This document shows, one piece after another, positions 18,130-27,508 of a stretch of 64,000 nt of DNA (positions are counted from its first letter, which is position 1; each line of letters starts with the position of its first letter). Below the pieces are notes generated by a model. That model was not told where the DNA came from. It worked only from the letters and a program-made list of their open reading frames with translations, and searched no databases. The position numbers and the translations under genes were made by a program. The stretch is from Acidobacteriota bacterium. Its GTDB lineage: Bacteria; Acidobacteriota; UBA6911; RPQK01. The DNA is taken from the NCBI GenBank assembly GCA_041946865.1, contig JBHGBF010000028.1, positions 4,257 through 68,256 on the forward strand. The letters are read 5' to 3'.

Positions 18130-20697
18130 ATGAGATTCGTCAGGCGGGATTTTCTCAAGATTTCAGGAGCGGTGCCGGGCTCTTGTCTCTTGAGTTCGGG
18201 CGCAGCACAACTCCGGGAACAGGCGGGAAAGCGACCGTTCAACGCGCCGTACCGGGACCTCCATCTGAACCGGGTGGCTTTTCCCATCGGCGGAATAGGC
18301 GCAGGGATGCTTTGTCTGGAGGGAACCGGGGCATTCTCGCACTTCAGCCTCCGTAACAAACCCGACATCTTTAACGAGCCGTGCACTTTCGCGGCGGTCT
18401 CGGTCAAGGGACTCGAAAACGGCGTCAAGGTTCTGGAGGGTCCGGTGCCCGACTGGAAGATTTTCGGAATGCGCGGCACGGGCAACGGCGCCGGCGGAAC
18501 CAGCTACGGCTTTCCCCGGTTCAAACAGGCCGAATTCGAGGTTCGATTCCCCTTCGCCCGTGTGAGCCTCCAGGATCCCGACGTCCCGCTCGTCATTCAA
18601 CTGACCGGATGGAGTCCATTCATCCCCGGAGATGCCGACAGCTCAAGCCTCCCGGTCGGCGGCTTCGAGTACGAATTCGAGAACACGGCAGGCCGCGACT
18701 TGTCTCTGCTCTTCTCGTACAACGCCAAGAACTTCATGGCCGTGGGGAAGACGGGAAACTCGATCCGCGCTTTCCCGCGAGGTTTCATTCTGGCGCAGGC
18801 CGGCGGCAAGGAGAAGCCCCAGGAGCAGGGCGAATTCGCCGCTTTTGTGGCTGAGCAGGCGGCGGTAGTCGACCACTGCTGGTTTCGCGGCGGCTGGTGG
18901 GACTCCGTGACCATGGTGTGGAAGACGATCCTCGAGCGTCAGCCCGTCTCTCGGCCCCCAGTAGAGGAGAAGGCGCCCGGCGCCTCGATCTTCGTGCCCT
19001 TTGATCTTCGAGCCGGTGAGAAGAAGACCATCCGCCTGATGTTCGCCTGGTTCGTACCGCAAACCGATCTCCGTTACGGGGAAGACCCGGAGGGTACCCC
19101 GGAGCCGAAAGGATGCGAGGGTGGCTCCCCCTGCTGCCCCGAACGGAAGTTCGACGTCCCCTGGTATGCCGGCCGGTTTGCCGGCATTGCGAAGGTGGCC
19201 GAGTACTGGCGCGACCACTACGATCAGCTCCGAGCCGGAAGCGCCCTCTTCCGCGACACTTTCTACGACACGACGCTGCCGCCCGAAGTCGTGGAGGCGA
19301 TCGCCGCCAACCTCACGATCCTGAAATCCCCGACGGTACGGCGACAATGCGACGGCCGGCTTTGGTGCTTTGAGGGCTGCGGTGACGACTGGGGCTGCTG
19401 CCATGGCTCCTGCACGCACGTCTGGAATTACGCCCAGGCCGTTCCCCACCTGTTTCCCGAACTGGAAAGAAGCCTTCGCCAGTCGGAGTTCGGCGAGAGC
19501 CAGGACAAACGCGGGCACCAGACCTTCCGGACCGCCCTCCCCATCCGACCGACCACGCACAGCTTTCACGCCGCTGCCGACGGCCAGCTCGGCGGCATAA
19601 TGAAAGTACACCGGGAATGGCGGATCTCCGGAGACGCGGAGTGGCTGAGAGACCTCTGGCCGCGCGTCAAGAAGAGCCTTGACTACTGCATTGAAACCTG
19701 GGATCCGGGCCACAAAGGGGTTGTCGAGGAGCCCCACCATAACACCTACGATATCGAGTTCTGGGGACCGGACGGCATGTGCACAAGCTTCTACCTGGGA
19801 GCGCTCACGGCCGCCATACGCATGGGAAGCGCCCTCGGCGAAGATACCACTCGCTATGCGCAACTGCTCGAAAAAGGCCGAGCCTTCATGGAACAGAGCC
19901 TTTTTGACGGCGAGTATTTCATCCAGCAGATCAAGTGGCAGGGGCTGAAAGCCAAGGATCCGGTAGAGGCCTCGAAGGGCGCCTGGAATTCCGACTACTC
20001 GCCCGAGGCCATCGAACTGCTGCAGAAAGAAGGGCCTAAATACCAGTACGGGAGGGGTTGCCTGTCGGACGGCGTCCTGGGCTTCTGGCTGGCCGAAATG
20101 TGCGGCCTGGGCAGGATCGTCAACCAGGATCAGCTGCGCAGGAATCTGAAGGCCATCTATCGCTATAACTTGAAGAAAGACTTGAGCGACCATTCCAACC
20201 CTCAACGTCCCTCCTATGCGATCGGCCGCGAAGGCGGACTCTTGCTCTGCACCTGGCCGAAGGGCGGGCAGCTGTCTCTGCCGTTCGTGTACAGCAACGA
20301 GGTCTGGACGGGCATCGAGTACCAGGTCGCTTCTCACCTGATGCTCGAAGGCATGCCTGAGGAAGGGCTCGATATCGTCAGGACCTGTCGCGAGCGGTAT
20401 GACGGAGTCATCCGCAACCCCTTTGACGAGTACGAATGCGGACACTGGTATGCGCGCGCCTTGTCGAGTTACGGGCTGATCCAAGGCTTGACCGGCGTTC
20501 GTTACGATGCCGTGGATCAGACGTTGTACATCGATTCGCGCGTCGGGAACGATTTCCGCGCATTTCTCGCGACCGCCTTTGGCTTTGGGACTGTCGGCCT
20601 GAAGAACGGACGCCCGTTCGTGCAAATGAAATCAGGCCGGCTCGAGGTCAAGAAATGCGTCGTGTCGGGGAAGGAAACGGAGCTCGAACGGGGTTGA
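18130..20697 (+). CDS. Glycoside hydrolase family 116 (GBA2-type beta-glucosidase/glucosylceramidase-like), TAT-exported
   Basis: The 855-aa protein carries the twin-arginine motif 'RRDFLKISGA'. Its N-terminal domain 'LNRVAFPIGGIGAGMLCLEGTGAFSHFSL' is typical of the GH116 N-domain, and the DUF608-like catalytic C-domain follows. Confidence 0.75.
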   Translation: MRFVRRDFLKISGAVPGSCLLSSGAAQLREQAGKRPFNAPYRDLHLNRVAFPIGGIGAGMLCLEGTGAFSHFSLRNKPDIFNEPCTFAAVSVKGLENGVKVLEGPVPDWKIFGMRGTGNGAGGTSYGFPRFKQAEFEVRFPFARVSLQDPDVPLVIQLTGWSPFIPGDADSSSLPVGGFEYEFENTAGRDLSLLFSYNAKNFMAVGKTGNSIRAFPRGFILAQAGGKEKPQEQGEFAAFVAEQAAVVDHCWFRGGWWDSVTMVWKTILERQPVSRPPVEEKAPGASIFVPFDLRAGEKKTIRLMFAWFVPQTDLRYGEDPEGTPEPKGCEGGSPCCPERKFDVPWYAGRFAGIAKVAEYWRDHYDQLRAGSALFRDTFYDTTLPPEVVEAIAANLTILKSPTVRRQCDGRLWCFEGCGDDWGCCHGSCTHVWNYAQAVPHLFPELERSLRQSEFGESQDKRGHQTFRTALPIRPTTHSFHAAADGQLGGIMKVHREWRISGDAEWLRDLWPRVKKSLDYCIETWDPGHKGVVEEPHHNTYDIEFWGPDGMCTSFYLGALTAAIRMGSALGEDTTRYAQLLEKGRAFMEQSLFDGEYFIQQIKWQGLKAKDPVEASKGAWNSDYSPEAIELLQKEGPKYQYGRGCLSDGVLGFWLAEMCGLGRIVNQDQLRRNLKAIYRYNLKKDLSDHSNPQRPSYAIGREGGLLLCTWPKGGQLSLPFVYSNEVWTGIEYQVASHLMLEGMPEEGLDIVRTCRERYDGVIRNPFDEYECGHWYARALSSYGLIQGLTGVRYDAVDQTLYIDSRVGNDFRAFLATAFGFGTVGLKNGRPFVQMKSGRLEVKKCVVSGKETELERG

Positions 20698-20913
20698 GGG
20701 CGAGGCCCGAAAGAGCCGCGCCGGAGTTACCTTAGTCCGAATTTGCCCCTGGAGATACTCGTCACACGGAGTCGAGCCGCCGGACTCCAGCGTGGTTCTG
20801 TGTACCGGCCCTTCGCGAAAAGCTCGTGATGGTCCCCCCGTTTGAGGTGCACCCGAAGACATGCCAGAATGGAGCAAAGCTTCCCAAGCTCTCAACTTCC
20901 CCAGGAGAGATTC

Positions 20914-22989
20914 ATGGGTTACAGGAGTTCATATCGTACCCTCTCGCTCGCCGTCCTCTCGGTTCTTCTCGTCGGGTTCTCCACAGAGGCCATCAAACAG
21001 TTGAATCGTCCAAGCTTCTCGAAGGTCGACTTTCTGACTCGCGAGCAGGTGGCCTTTGTCCGCCCCGGCCTCCAGTTGACCGTGCAGGACGTGTCTGTCA
21101 ACAACCGGACCGTTGCGGTGGTTTACCGAATCACTGACCCTCAGAGTTTGCCGCTTGATCGGCTGGGCGTCTTCACGCCCGGCGCCGTCAGCACCAACTT
21201 CGTTCTGGCCTATCTGCCACCCGAGCCGGCAGGAGTCCCCGACTATCAAGCCCTGACGCTTCGGCAGGTGACAAGTCCCCTGACCAACGTCACGACCCAG
21301 CAGCCGGGCACAGACCAGGGAGGGACGACCGAGGAGATAGAGCGGGGCACGTACCGGTACACCTTCAGGACCCAGCTTCCGGCGGAATTAGATCCGAGCG
21401 GCACTTATTCCGTCGGCATTTATGCGACCCGGGATCTGGCGGAATTTGATCTCGGTCCGTTTCACGCCAACCTGGTGGTGAACTTCAACCCGGCCAGCGG
21501 ACAGCCGCAGACAGTTCACGATGTCGTGAGCAACGCCGCCTGCCGTCAATGCCATGATCCTTCCATCCCCGACGCGGCGGTGGAAGCTCACGGTGGCGCC
21601 AGGCAGAAGATTGAGTTGTGCGTCCTCTGTCATACCCCGCAGCTGTTGGACCCGGACACCGGCCAGCCCCTCGACATGAAGATCATGACTCACAAGATCC
21701 ACATGGGAGAGCAGCTGCCTAGCGTGCAGGCGGGGCGGCCGTACCAGATCATCGGCTTTCAGCAGCGGACCATCGACTTTTCGCACGTGGTTTTCCCGCA
21801 GAGCATCATGAATTGCCAGACCTGCCACGGCGCCGGCCAAGAGGCGAACGAGCCGGGCGCTCCGGTGCAGCAGGAGGCGTTCCTGCTGCAGCCCGGCATG
21901 GAGGCTTGCGGGTCCTGCCACGACGACGTCAACTTCGCGACAGGCGAGAGCCATCACGGCATCCAGGTCACGTCAAATGCCCAGTGCCAGACCTGCCATC
22001 AGCCTTTTGGAGAGCACGAATTCGACGCTTCGATTCAGGGGGCGCACACTGTGGTGGCCGCATCCCAGCAACTCGAGGGGATCAACATCCAGATTCTGGA
22101 CGTAACCAGTTCCGGTCCCGGACAGAACCCATCGGTCCTGTTCAGCATGAAAAACCGTGCCGGCCAGGTGATTACTCCGAGCACGCTCAGTTTCTTCAAC
22201 CTGCTGATCGCCGGCCCCACGACCGACTACACCACGCTTATCAGCGAACCGGCTGCGACCGACTCAGTCGCCGCCGGCGAGAACTTCCGGTACACCTTCA
22301 AGGCGCCGATACCCGCCAATGCAGCCGGAACGTTCGCCGTGGGCGCCGAGGCCTATCGGAACCTCATGATCGACACGGGCGAACCGGAGTTGGCGCAGGT
22401 TCGCGAGACGGCTGAAAACCCTGTCAAGTATTTCGCGGTGACCGGCGAGGTTCAGCCAAGGCGAGTGGTCGTGACTGATGAACTGTGCGAATCCTGTCAT
22501 GAAAACCTGGCAATACACGGCGGGATCCGCCATAACGCCACCGAGTACTGCCAGTTCTGCCACAATCCGACGGCCACTGACGCTTCCCAGCGCCCGGCCG
22601 AACAGAATCCGCCGCAATCCATCGACCTGAAATTCCTGGTTCACAGGATCCACCGCGGAGAGCAACTGACCCGCGATTTCACAGTTTTCGGATTTGGTCG
22701 CCGGCCGATTAGCTTCAATGAGGTTCTCTTTCCGGGCGATCTGAGACTGTGCGCCAGTTGCCACGTGGACCAGACCTATCAGGTGCCGTCGATGGGCGTG
22801 GTGGCGACAACCGCGCCCAGGGAGTTTTACAGTCCGATTCCTCCCAACTCCTCGGCCTGCCTGGGCTGTCACGACACTCTGGACGCGGCCGCTCACACTT
22901 TCGTCAACACTTCGCAGTTCGGAGAATCGTGCGGCGCCTGCCACGGCCCGCAAGGGGAATTTGCAGTGGATAAGGAACACGCGCGGTAG
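20914..22989 (+). CDS. Decahaem c-type cytochrome, OmcA/MtrC-like four-domain architecture, secreted
   Basis: There are ten CXXCH motifs arranged 5+5 (CRQCH, CVLCH, CQTCH, CGSCH, CQTCH, then CESCH, CQFCH, CASCH, CLGCH, CGACH). Each pentahaem block is preceded by a haem-free domain of ~150-200 aa. The N-terminal signal peptide 'MGYRSSYRTLSLAVLSVLLVGFS' has no lipobox cysteine. AGGAGAG lies 5 nt upstream of the ATG. Confidence 0.7.
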   Translation: MGYRSSYRTLSLAVLSVLLVGFSTEAIKQLNRPSFSKVDFLTREQVAFVRPGLQLTVQDVSVNNRTVAVVYRITDPQSLPLDRLGVFTPGAVSTNFVLAYLPPEPAGVPDYQALTLRQVTSPLTNVTTQQPGTDQGGTTEEIERGTYRYTFRTQLPAELDPSGTYSVGIYATRDLAEFDLGPFHANLVVNFNPASGQPQTVHDVVSNAACRQCHDPSIPDAAVEAHGGARQKIELCVLCHTPQLLDPDTGQPLDMKIMTHKIHMGEQLPSVQAGRPYQIIGFQQRTIDFSHVVFPQSIMNCQTCHGAGQEANEPGAPVQQEAFLLQPGMEACGSCHDDVNFATGESHHGIQVTSNAQCQTCHQPFGEHEFDASIQGAHTVVAASQQLEGINIQILDVTSSGPGQNPSVLFSMKNRAGQVITPSTLSFFNLLIAGPTTDYTTLISEPAATDSVAAGENFRYTFKAPIPANAAGTFAVGAEAYRNLMIDTGEPELAQVRETAENPVKYFAVTGEVQPRRVVVTDELCESCHENLAIHGGIRHNATEYCQFCHNPTATDASQRPAEQNPPQSIDLKFLVHRIHRGEQLTRDFTVFGFGRRPISFNEVLFPGDLRLCASCHVDQTYQVPSMGVVATTAPREFYSPIPPNSSACLGCHDTLDAAAHTFVNTSQFGESCGACHGPQGEFAVDKEHAR

Positions 22990-23013
22990 ACCTGCGGATC
23001 AACGCGGACGTCA

Positions 23014-23050
23014 CGCCGATAGCGTCCGAATCAGCTCGGGGCTATCGGCG
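23014..23050. terminator. Bidirectional terminator-like hairpin between convergent cytochrome and M1-like genes
   Basis: CGCCGATAGC ... GCTATCGGCG forms a 10-bp perfect stem with an inner CCGA/TCGG stem. No clear U-tract is present, as is common in GC-rich genomes. Confidence 0.35.
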
Positions 23051-23070
23051 GGAGGTCCGGGTCCGCGGGT

Positions 23071-25062
23071 TTACCCAATGATGCTCTGCGGTTTGGTGAA
23101 CGGCTCCTTCAGGTATTTCTGCGCTTCGGCCTGGGCGCCGTTATAGTCGACTTTGGTATTGATTGCCTTCTGGTACTCCGCCGTCGCCCGCTCGCGCTGG
23201 TTCAGGATGTCGTAGATCTTACCCATGTAGATATGGGTCCAGGTCTCGACCCACTCGGGTTTCAGGTCGCCGTTCAGGGTATCGCGAAAAGCGTTGGCGG
23301 CGTTGGTGAAGCTGTGCTGCAGGAACATGACCTCGCCCAGCCGGTAGGCGGCCAGTGAGCTGCGAGGATCGGCTTCCCGGGCTTTTTCAAAAGCGCGCAC
23401 GGCCTCTACGTACTCGCCCTTCGCCTGGTATTCCTCGCCGAGAGCAATCTGCACCAGTACCTGCATCTGTTCGGAATTCCGCAGGATTTTCCCATCAGGA
23501 TCGAGCTTCATCCGAATAGGCAGCGTTTGCGTCGGGAAGTTGAAGGAGGTGCTCTTCCCATTCAGCGTGAGCGACTTTTTTTCCTCCTGGCCCTTCGTCT
23601 CGATCGTGATGTCAAGCGGCATGCGGAACAGCTCCTGGTCCTGTTTGACCTGCCCGCGAACGGCGAAAGTGCCGTCTTTTTTCTTCAGGATCTGGTAGTC
23701 GACGCGAAGATCCGGGATCCCGGTCGATTCGACCCACTGCATGAAGAACCACTTGTAGTCCTGCCCGGACCGCTCCTGGACGAACCTGACGAATTCGGGC
23801 GTCGTCTCCACGTTATCCGCGTGCTGCTTGTACCAGTCGACCAGCATGGCGTTCAGCTTGTCCTTGCCCATCAGCTGGCCGAGCATGTAGAGCACGTAGG
23901 CGCCTTTGCTGGCGATGATTGACTGATATTCGGGCGTCCCTTCTTCCAGCTCAAACCCTTTGCCGATCGCGGCCTTTTGCTCGTACTTCAGCGCGTTGAC
24001 CGCCTGCCTGGCCAGTTCGGTCTGATAGCGGTCAGGGTACCTGGTTTCGACGTAACGGAGGGCGGCATAGGTGGCAAAACCATCCTGCAGCCAGGCATCG
24101 TAGACTTCCTTCGGCCTGGCCGAATAGCCCCACCACTGGACCGCCAGCCTGCGAGCCAGGTCGACCACAGGGATCACCTTGGTCGTAAGAAACGAGTCCT
24201 CAAGGAGGACCAGGCCGGCTGCGCCCGGCGACGGCAGATTAACATTGCCAACCGCCGCGATGTTGAGGTGCTCGAACGGGAAACGGCCGTACTCCTTGTT
24301 CAGGAACTCGAGCACCTGGTTGATCTCGGTCAAGAGAGGCTTCAGGTCTTGGGACTGCTGCTCGCCGACAAAAAGGGTGGTCGGCACCGGCGCCTGTTCC
24401 ACCTCGTGGCGAAAGAAACGGGACACGATGACCGGAACGTGGGTGACCGGGACAGCGCTTTTCCACGTGAAAATCTCGGTGACACCGGAGATCTCGGTCG
24501 GCTGCAGAACTCCCGGTGCGACGACGCTAAAGCCCAGCGGGACCTTGATCTTGAGGTCGGCAGTGGCGGCATCGAGGGGGAGGCGATAGAACGGGAACCA
24601 GCGCCCTTCCGTCAAAAGCAGGGCGCCGTCTTGAAATATGACTGCTTTTTCCGACCGGGGGACATCGAGGAAGGCATATTCCTGGCGCTCGAGTGCCCCT
24701 TCGAAACGGAAAATCAGGGTCTTTTCGCTGCCCCCGCGAAACGGACCCTCGCCACGGACGGCGATCCGCTGGCTCTCAACACCATCGAAGCTGGTGGAAT
24801 AGGACGTGCCTTCGGGGTCCACGATTTCGGTAACGCTCAACCGGTTGTTCAGCTCGAACGGTATCGTCAACACGTCCTGCGGGACCATGAACCGAACTTT
24901 GGTCTCGCCTTTAAGAAAACCGTTCTCGGGCGTGATTTCCGCATCGATCTCGTAATGCAGGACGTCGATCTGGGGCTGCGGAGGGCCCTGGGACCTGGCC
25001 TGCGCGGCCAGGAAACCGGCCGAGGAGATCAATGCCAATAAGGTCATCAACAGTTTTTTCAT
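23071..25062 (-). CDS. M1 (aminopeptidase N/LTA4H-like) family pseudo-peptidase with C-terminal TPR domain; signal peptide
   Basis: The 663-aa protein has the signal peptide 'MKKLLMTLLALISSAGFLAA' and an M1 fold. The canonical HEXXH-(18)-E zinc site is replaced by 'RRLAV...WLQDGFA'. C-terminal TPR repeats follow. Confidence 0.7.
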   Translation of the reverse strand: MKKLLMTLLALISSAGFLAAQARSQGPPQPQIDVLHYEIDAEITPENGFLKGETKVRFMVPQDVLTIPFELNNRLSVTEIVDPEGTSYSTSFDGVESQRIAVRGEGPFRGGSEKTLIFRFEGALERQEYAFLDVPRSEKAVIFQDGALLLTEGRWFPFYRLPLDAATADLKIKVPLGFSVVAPGVLQPTEISGVTEIFTWKSAVPVTHVPVIVSRFFRHEVEQAPVPTTLFVGEQQSQDLKPLLTEINQVLEFLNKEYGRFPFEHLNIAAVGNVNLPSPGAAGLVLLEDSFLTTKVIPVVDLARRLAVQWWGYSARPKEVYDAWLQDGFATYAALRYVETRYPDRYQTELARQAVNALKYEQKAAIGKGFELEEGTPEYQSIIASKGAYVLYMLGQLMGKDKLNAMLVDWYKQHADNVETTPEFVRFVQERSGQDYKWFFMQWVESTGIPDLRVDYQILKKKDGTFAVRGQVKQDQELFRMPLDITIETKGQEEKKSLTLNGKSTSFNFPTQTLPIRMKLDPDGKILRNSEQMQVLVQIALGEEYQAKGEYVEAVRAFEKAREADPRSSLAAYRLGEVMFLQHSFTNAANAFRDTLNGDLKPEWVETWTHIYMGKIYDILNQRERATAEYQKAINTKVDYNGAQAEAQKYLKEPFTKPQSIIG

Positions 25063-26234
25063 TGTGGTCTAGAACCTTCCAGCAAAAGTGCGCCCAGGCA
25101 CTTCGCTGCCTCCTGGTAAGCATCGCGCTCACCGAGCCTTTGGAGCGCCTGTTTCAACCTGTCACGCAGCAAGCAATACTCAGCCTTGTCCGTCAACAGC
25201 CGGAGAATAAAACCGCCTATCTGGTCGGCAGTGGCCTGGCCCTGCACAAATTCCGGCACGATTCGTTTGCCGGCCACCAGATTGGCGAGGCAGTAAGTGT
25301 CTGTAGTAGCAAACGGCTTGGCAAAATACCAGCTCGGGAGCGCCATCTTGTATACCATTGCAAAGGGTACCTGAAGGGCCATGGCCTCCAAGGTCGAAGT
25401 ACCGCTCTTAATTATGGCACAATCGGCACTTGCGAGCAGGGAGACCGACTCCCCCTCGCAGATTTGAAGCGAGAGCGAGACGCCGTTGCGAGCCGTCCAA
25501 TTAGTATAGATGCAATCAAGTTGCTGTCGTCTCACCGGAGGGGCTTTCGCTACTGAAAAATCGACGTTAACCCGGTCGGCCAGGTATCGGGCGCTGTCGA
25601 GCAGCAACGGGAAAAGCCGCTCGACTTCCTTTTTTCGACTGCCGGGAAACAGGGCCACTCGAGCCGGCCGCCCGTCGACCGGCGGTTGGCGGTCTGTCTG
25701 AAGCCGGATCCTGCGACGAAGTGACGAGTAGGTAGGGTTCCCCACGTAGACCGCCTCCACTCCGTGGCGCTGGTAGAACTCCTGCTCGAAAGGGAAGATG
25801 ACGAGCATCAAATCGACGTATTTGCGGATCTGGTTGACCCGTCCTCCTCGCCACGCCCAGGCTTGGGGACCGATGAAATAGCACACCCGGACACCGAGTC
25901 GCTTGAGCCGTTTGGCAAGACGCAGGTTAAAGTCGGGAAAATCAACCAGAACCGCCAGGCCGGGCCTTCGGGATTGGACTTCACGGATCAGCCGGCGGTA
26001 GAGATGGACGTAGTGCCGAAGATGAGCCATCGCGTCCCAGGGGCCGATGGCGGCCAGCCGGGAGACGTCCTGGATCAGCTCGACTCCCTGCGCGGCCATC
26101 CGCGGCCCGCCGCTGCCAAACCAGTCGACCCGCAACTCGGGGAATTGACACTTGACCTGCTCAATCAGGCCGGCCCCATGCTGTTCGCCCGAGGCCTCAC
26201 CCGTCACAATCAGCACTGATCGTTCGCTGGTCAC
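25059..26234 (-). CDS. lpxB: Lipid-A-disaccharide synthase
   Basis: The 391-aa GT19 family protein has the N-terminus 'VLIVTGEASGEQHGAGLI'. Confidence 0.9.
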   Translation of the reverse strand: MTSERSVLIVTGEASGEQHGAGLIEQVKCQFPELRVDWFGSGGPRMAAQGVELIQDVSRLAAIGPWDAMAHLRHYVHLYRRLIREVQSRRPGLAVLVDFPDFNLRLAKRLKRLGVRVCYFIGPQAWAWRGGRVNQIRKYVDLMLVIFPFEQEFYQRHGVEAVYVGNPTYSSLRRRIRLQTDRQPPVDGRPARVALFPGSRKKEVERLFPLLLDSARYLADRVNVDFSVAKAPPVRRQQLDCIYTNWTARNGVSLSLQICEGESVSLLASADCAIIKSGTSTLEAMALQVPFAMVYKMALPSWYFAKPFATTDTYCLANLVAGKRIVPEFVQGQATADQIGGFILRLLTDKAEYCLLRDRLKQALQRLGERDAYQEAAKCLGALLLEGSRPQ

Positions 26235-27385
26235 GCGATTTCGCCTTCGTTACTGTTTTCCCTCTCCAGCTCCACAGCCTGCCGAATCCAGCCTCCACCC
26301 AGAACCCGGTCGGCGTCGTAAAAAACCGCCGCCTGACCAGGTGTCACAGCCATCTGCGGCGAATCAAACAGCACCCTGACATGGTCTTTTCTGACCTCGA
26401 GGGTGGCCTCAGCTTCGGGATGTCGAGCCCGGATCTTCACCGAAGCCCGCACGGGGCTGGGCGGCGCCGTTCCGGCAATCCAGCTCACCCGCTCGGCAAT
26501 CAGGCCCCGGCTGTAGACATCCTCCTTGTAGCCGACGATGACGGCGTTCCGGCCGAGATCCAGGCACAGCACATACAAAGGCCGCGGGTGACCGATACCC
26601 AGGCCCTTTCGCTGCCCGACTGTGAAGCGGTGGATGCCGGAGTGCCGTCCCAGCACGCTTCCGTCCTTCGTGAGTATGGGCCCCGGCCGGGCCGCGGCCT
26701 GCGCCTGTCGCCCCAGATCCACGTCGACCTCTGCCGCGTGACGCTGGATAAAGCCGGCGTAATCGCGATCCGGCACAAAGCAGATTTCCTGGCTTTCATG
26801 CTTAAAGGCCGTCTCCAGTCCCTGTTCGCGCGCCAGTTGGCGGACCTGGGGCTTCTTCAAATCGCCGACCGGGAACAGAGTCCGGGCCAGCTGTTGCTGT
26901 GTCAGCTCAAACAGGTAATAGGACTGATCTTTCGCCGGGTCCTTGCCCTTCAGGAGCTGGTAGCCGTTGCTTCCCGAGCGCTCGATGCGCGCGTAGTGGC
27001 CGGTCGCAACACACTCGATCCCGACTTGCCTGGCGAAATTCATCAACTTGTCGAACTTCAGGAAGCTGTTACAGAGTATACAGGGCGACGGGGTCTTGCC
27101 AGCCAGGTAATTGCCCATGAAGGGCTGAATGACGCGCTTTTGAAACTCTTCCTGGAGGTTGAGGACATAGAACGGAAATCCCAGGCGTTCGGCCACCCGG
27201 CGAGCATCGTAGACATCGTCAGTCGAGCAGCAGCTCCCGACCACGTGGGAGCCCTCGCGGACCGGGTTACGCCGGTAATCCCAGAGCTGCATGCTGCAGC
27301 CCACCACCTCATGGCCCTGAAGCTTCAGAATCAAAGCGGCCGTCGAACTGTCGACACCTCCGCTCATCGCGACAAGTACACGCAT
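26231..27385 (-). CDS. mnmA: tRNA 2-thiouridine(34) synthase
   Basis: The PP-loop 'VLVAMSGGVDSSTAA' and the conserved catalytic cysteines are present. The protein is 384 aa. Confidence 0.9.
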   Translation of the reverse strand: MRVLVAMSGGVDSSTAALILKLQGHEVVGCSMQLWDYRRNPVREGSHVVGSCCSTDDVYDARRVAERLGFPFYVLNLQEEFQKRVIQPFMGNYLAGKTPSPCILCNSFLKFDKLMNFARQVGIECVATGHYARIERSGSNGYQLLKGKDPAKDQSYYLFELTQQQLARTLFPVGDLKKPQVRQLAREQGLETAFKHESQEICFVPDRDYAGFIQRHAAEVDVDLGRQAQAAARPGPILTKDGSVLGRHSGIHRFTVGQRKGLGIGHPRPLYVLCLDLGRNAVIVGYKEDVYSRGLIAERVSWIAGTAPPSPVRASVKIRARHPEAEATLEVRKDHVRVLFDSPQMAVTPGQAAVFYDADRVLGGGWIRQAVELERENSNEGEIA

Positions 27386-27508
27386 AACACCGACCAGCTA
27401 TCCAACTGCAAGACTGACCTGGGCGCCTGCGGGCCGAAGGAAATGGGATCCAAGGCTCATACGACGATTTCAAGTCAGTCCGGTCAGTCGGTCAGTGGGC
27501 CAGTCGCT

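Noticed and set aside
18530-18552. A tRNA-like 'GGTTCGATTCC' T-arm motif.
   Set aside because: It lies inside the GH116 coding frame (it translates EFEVRFPF), and no acceptor or anticodon stems surround it. No tRNA genes were found in the window.
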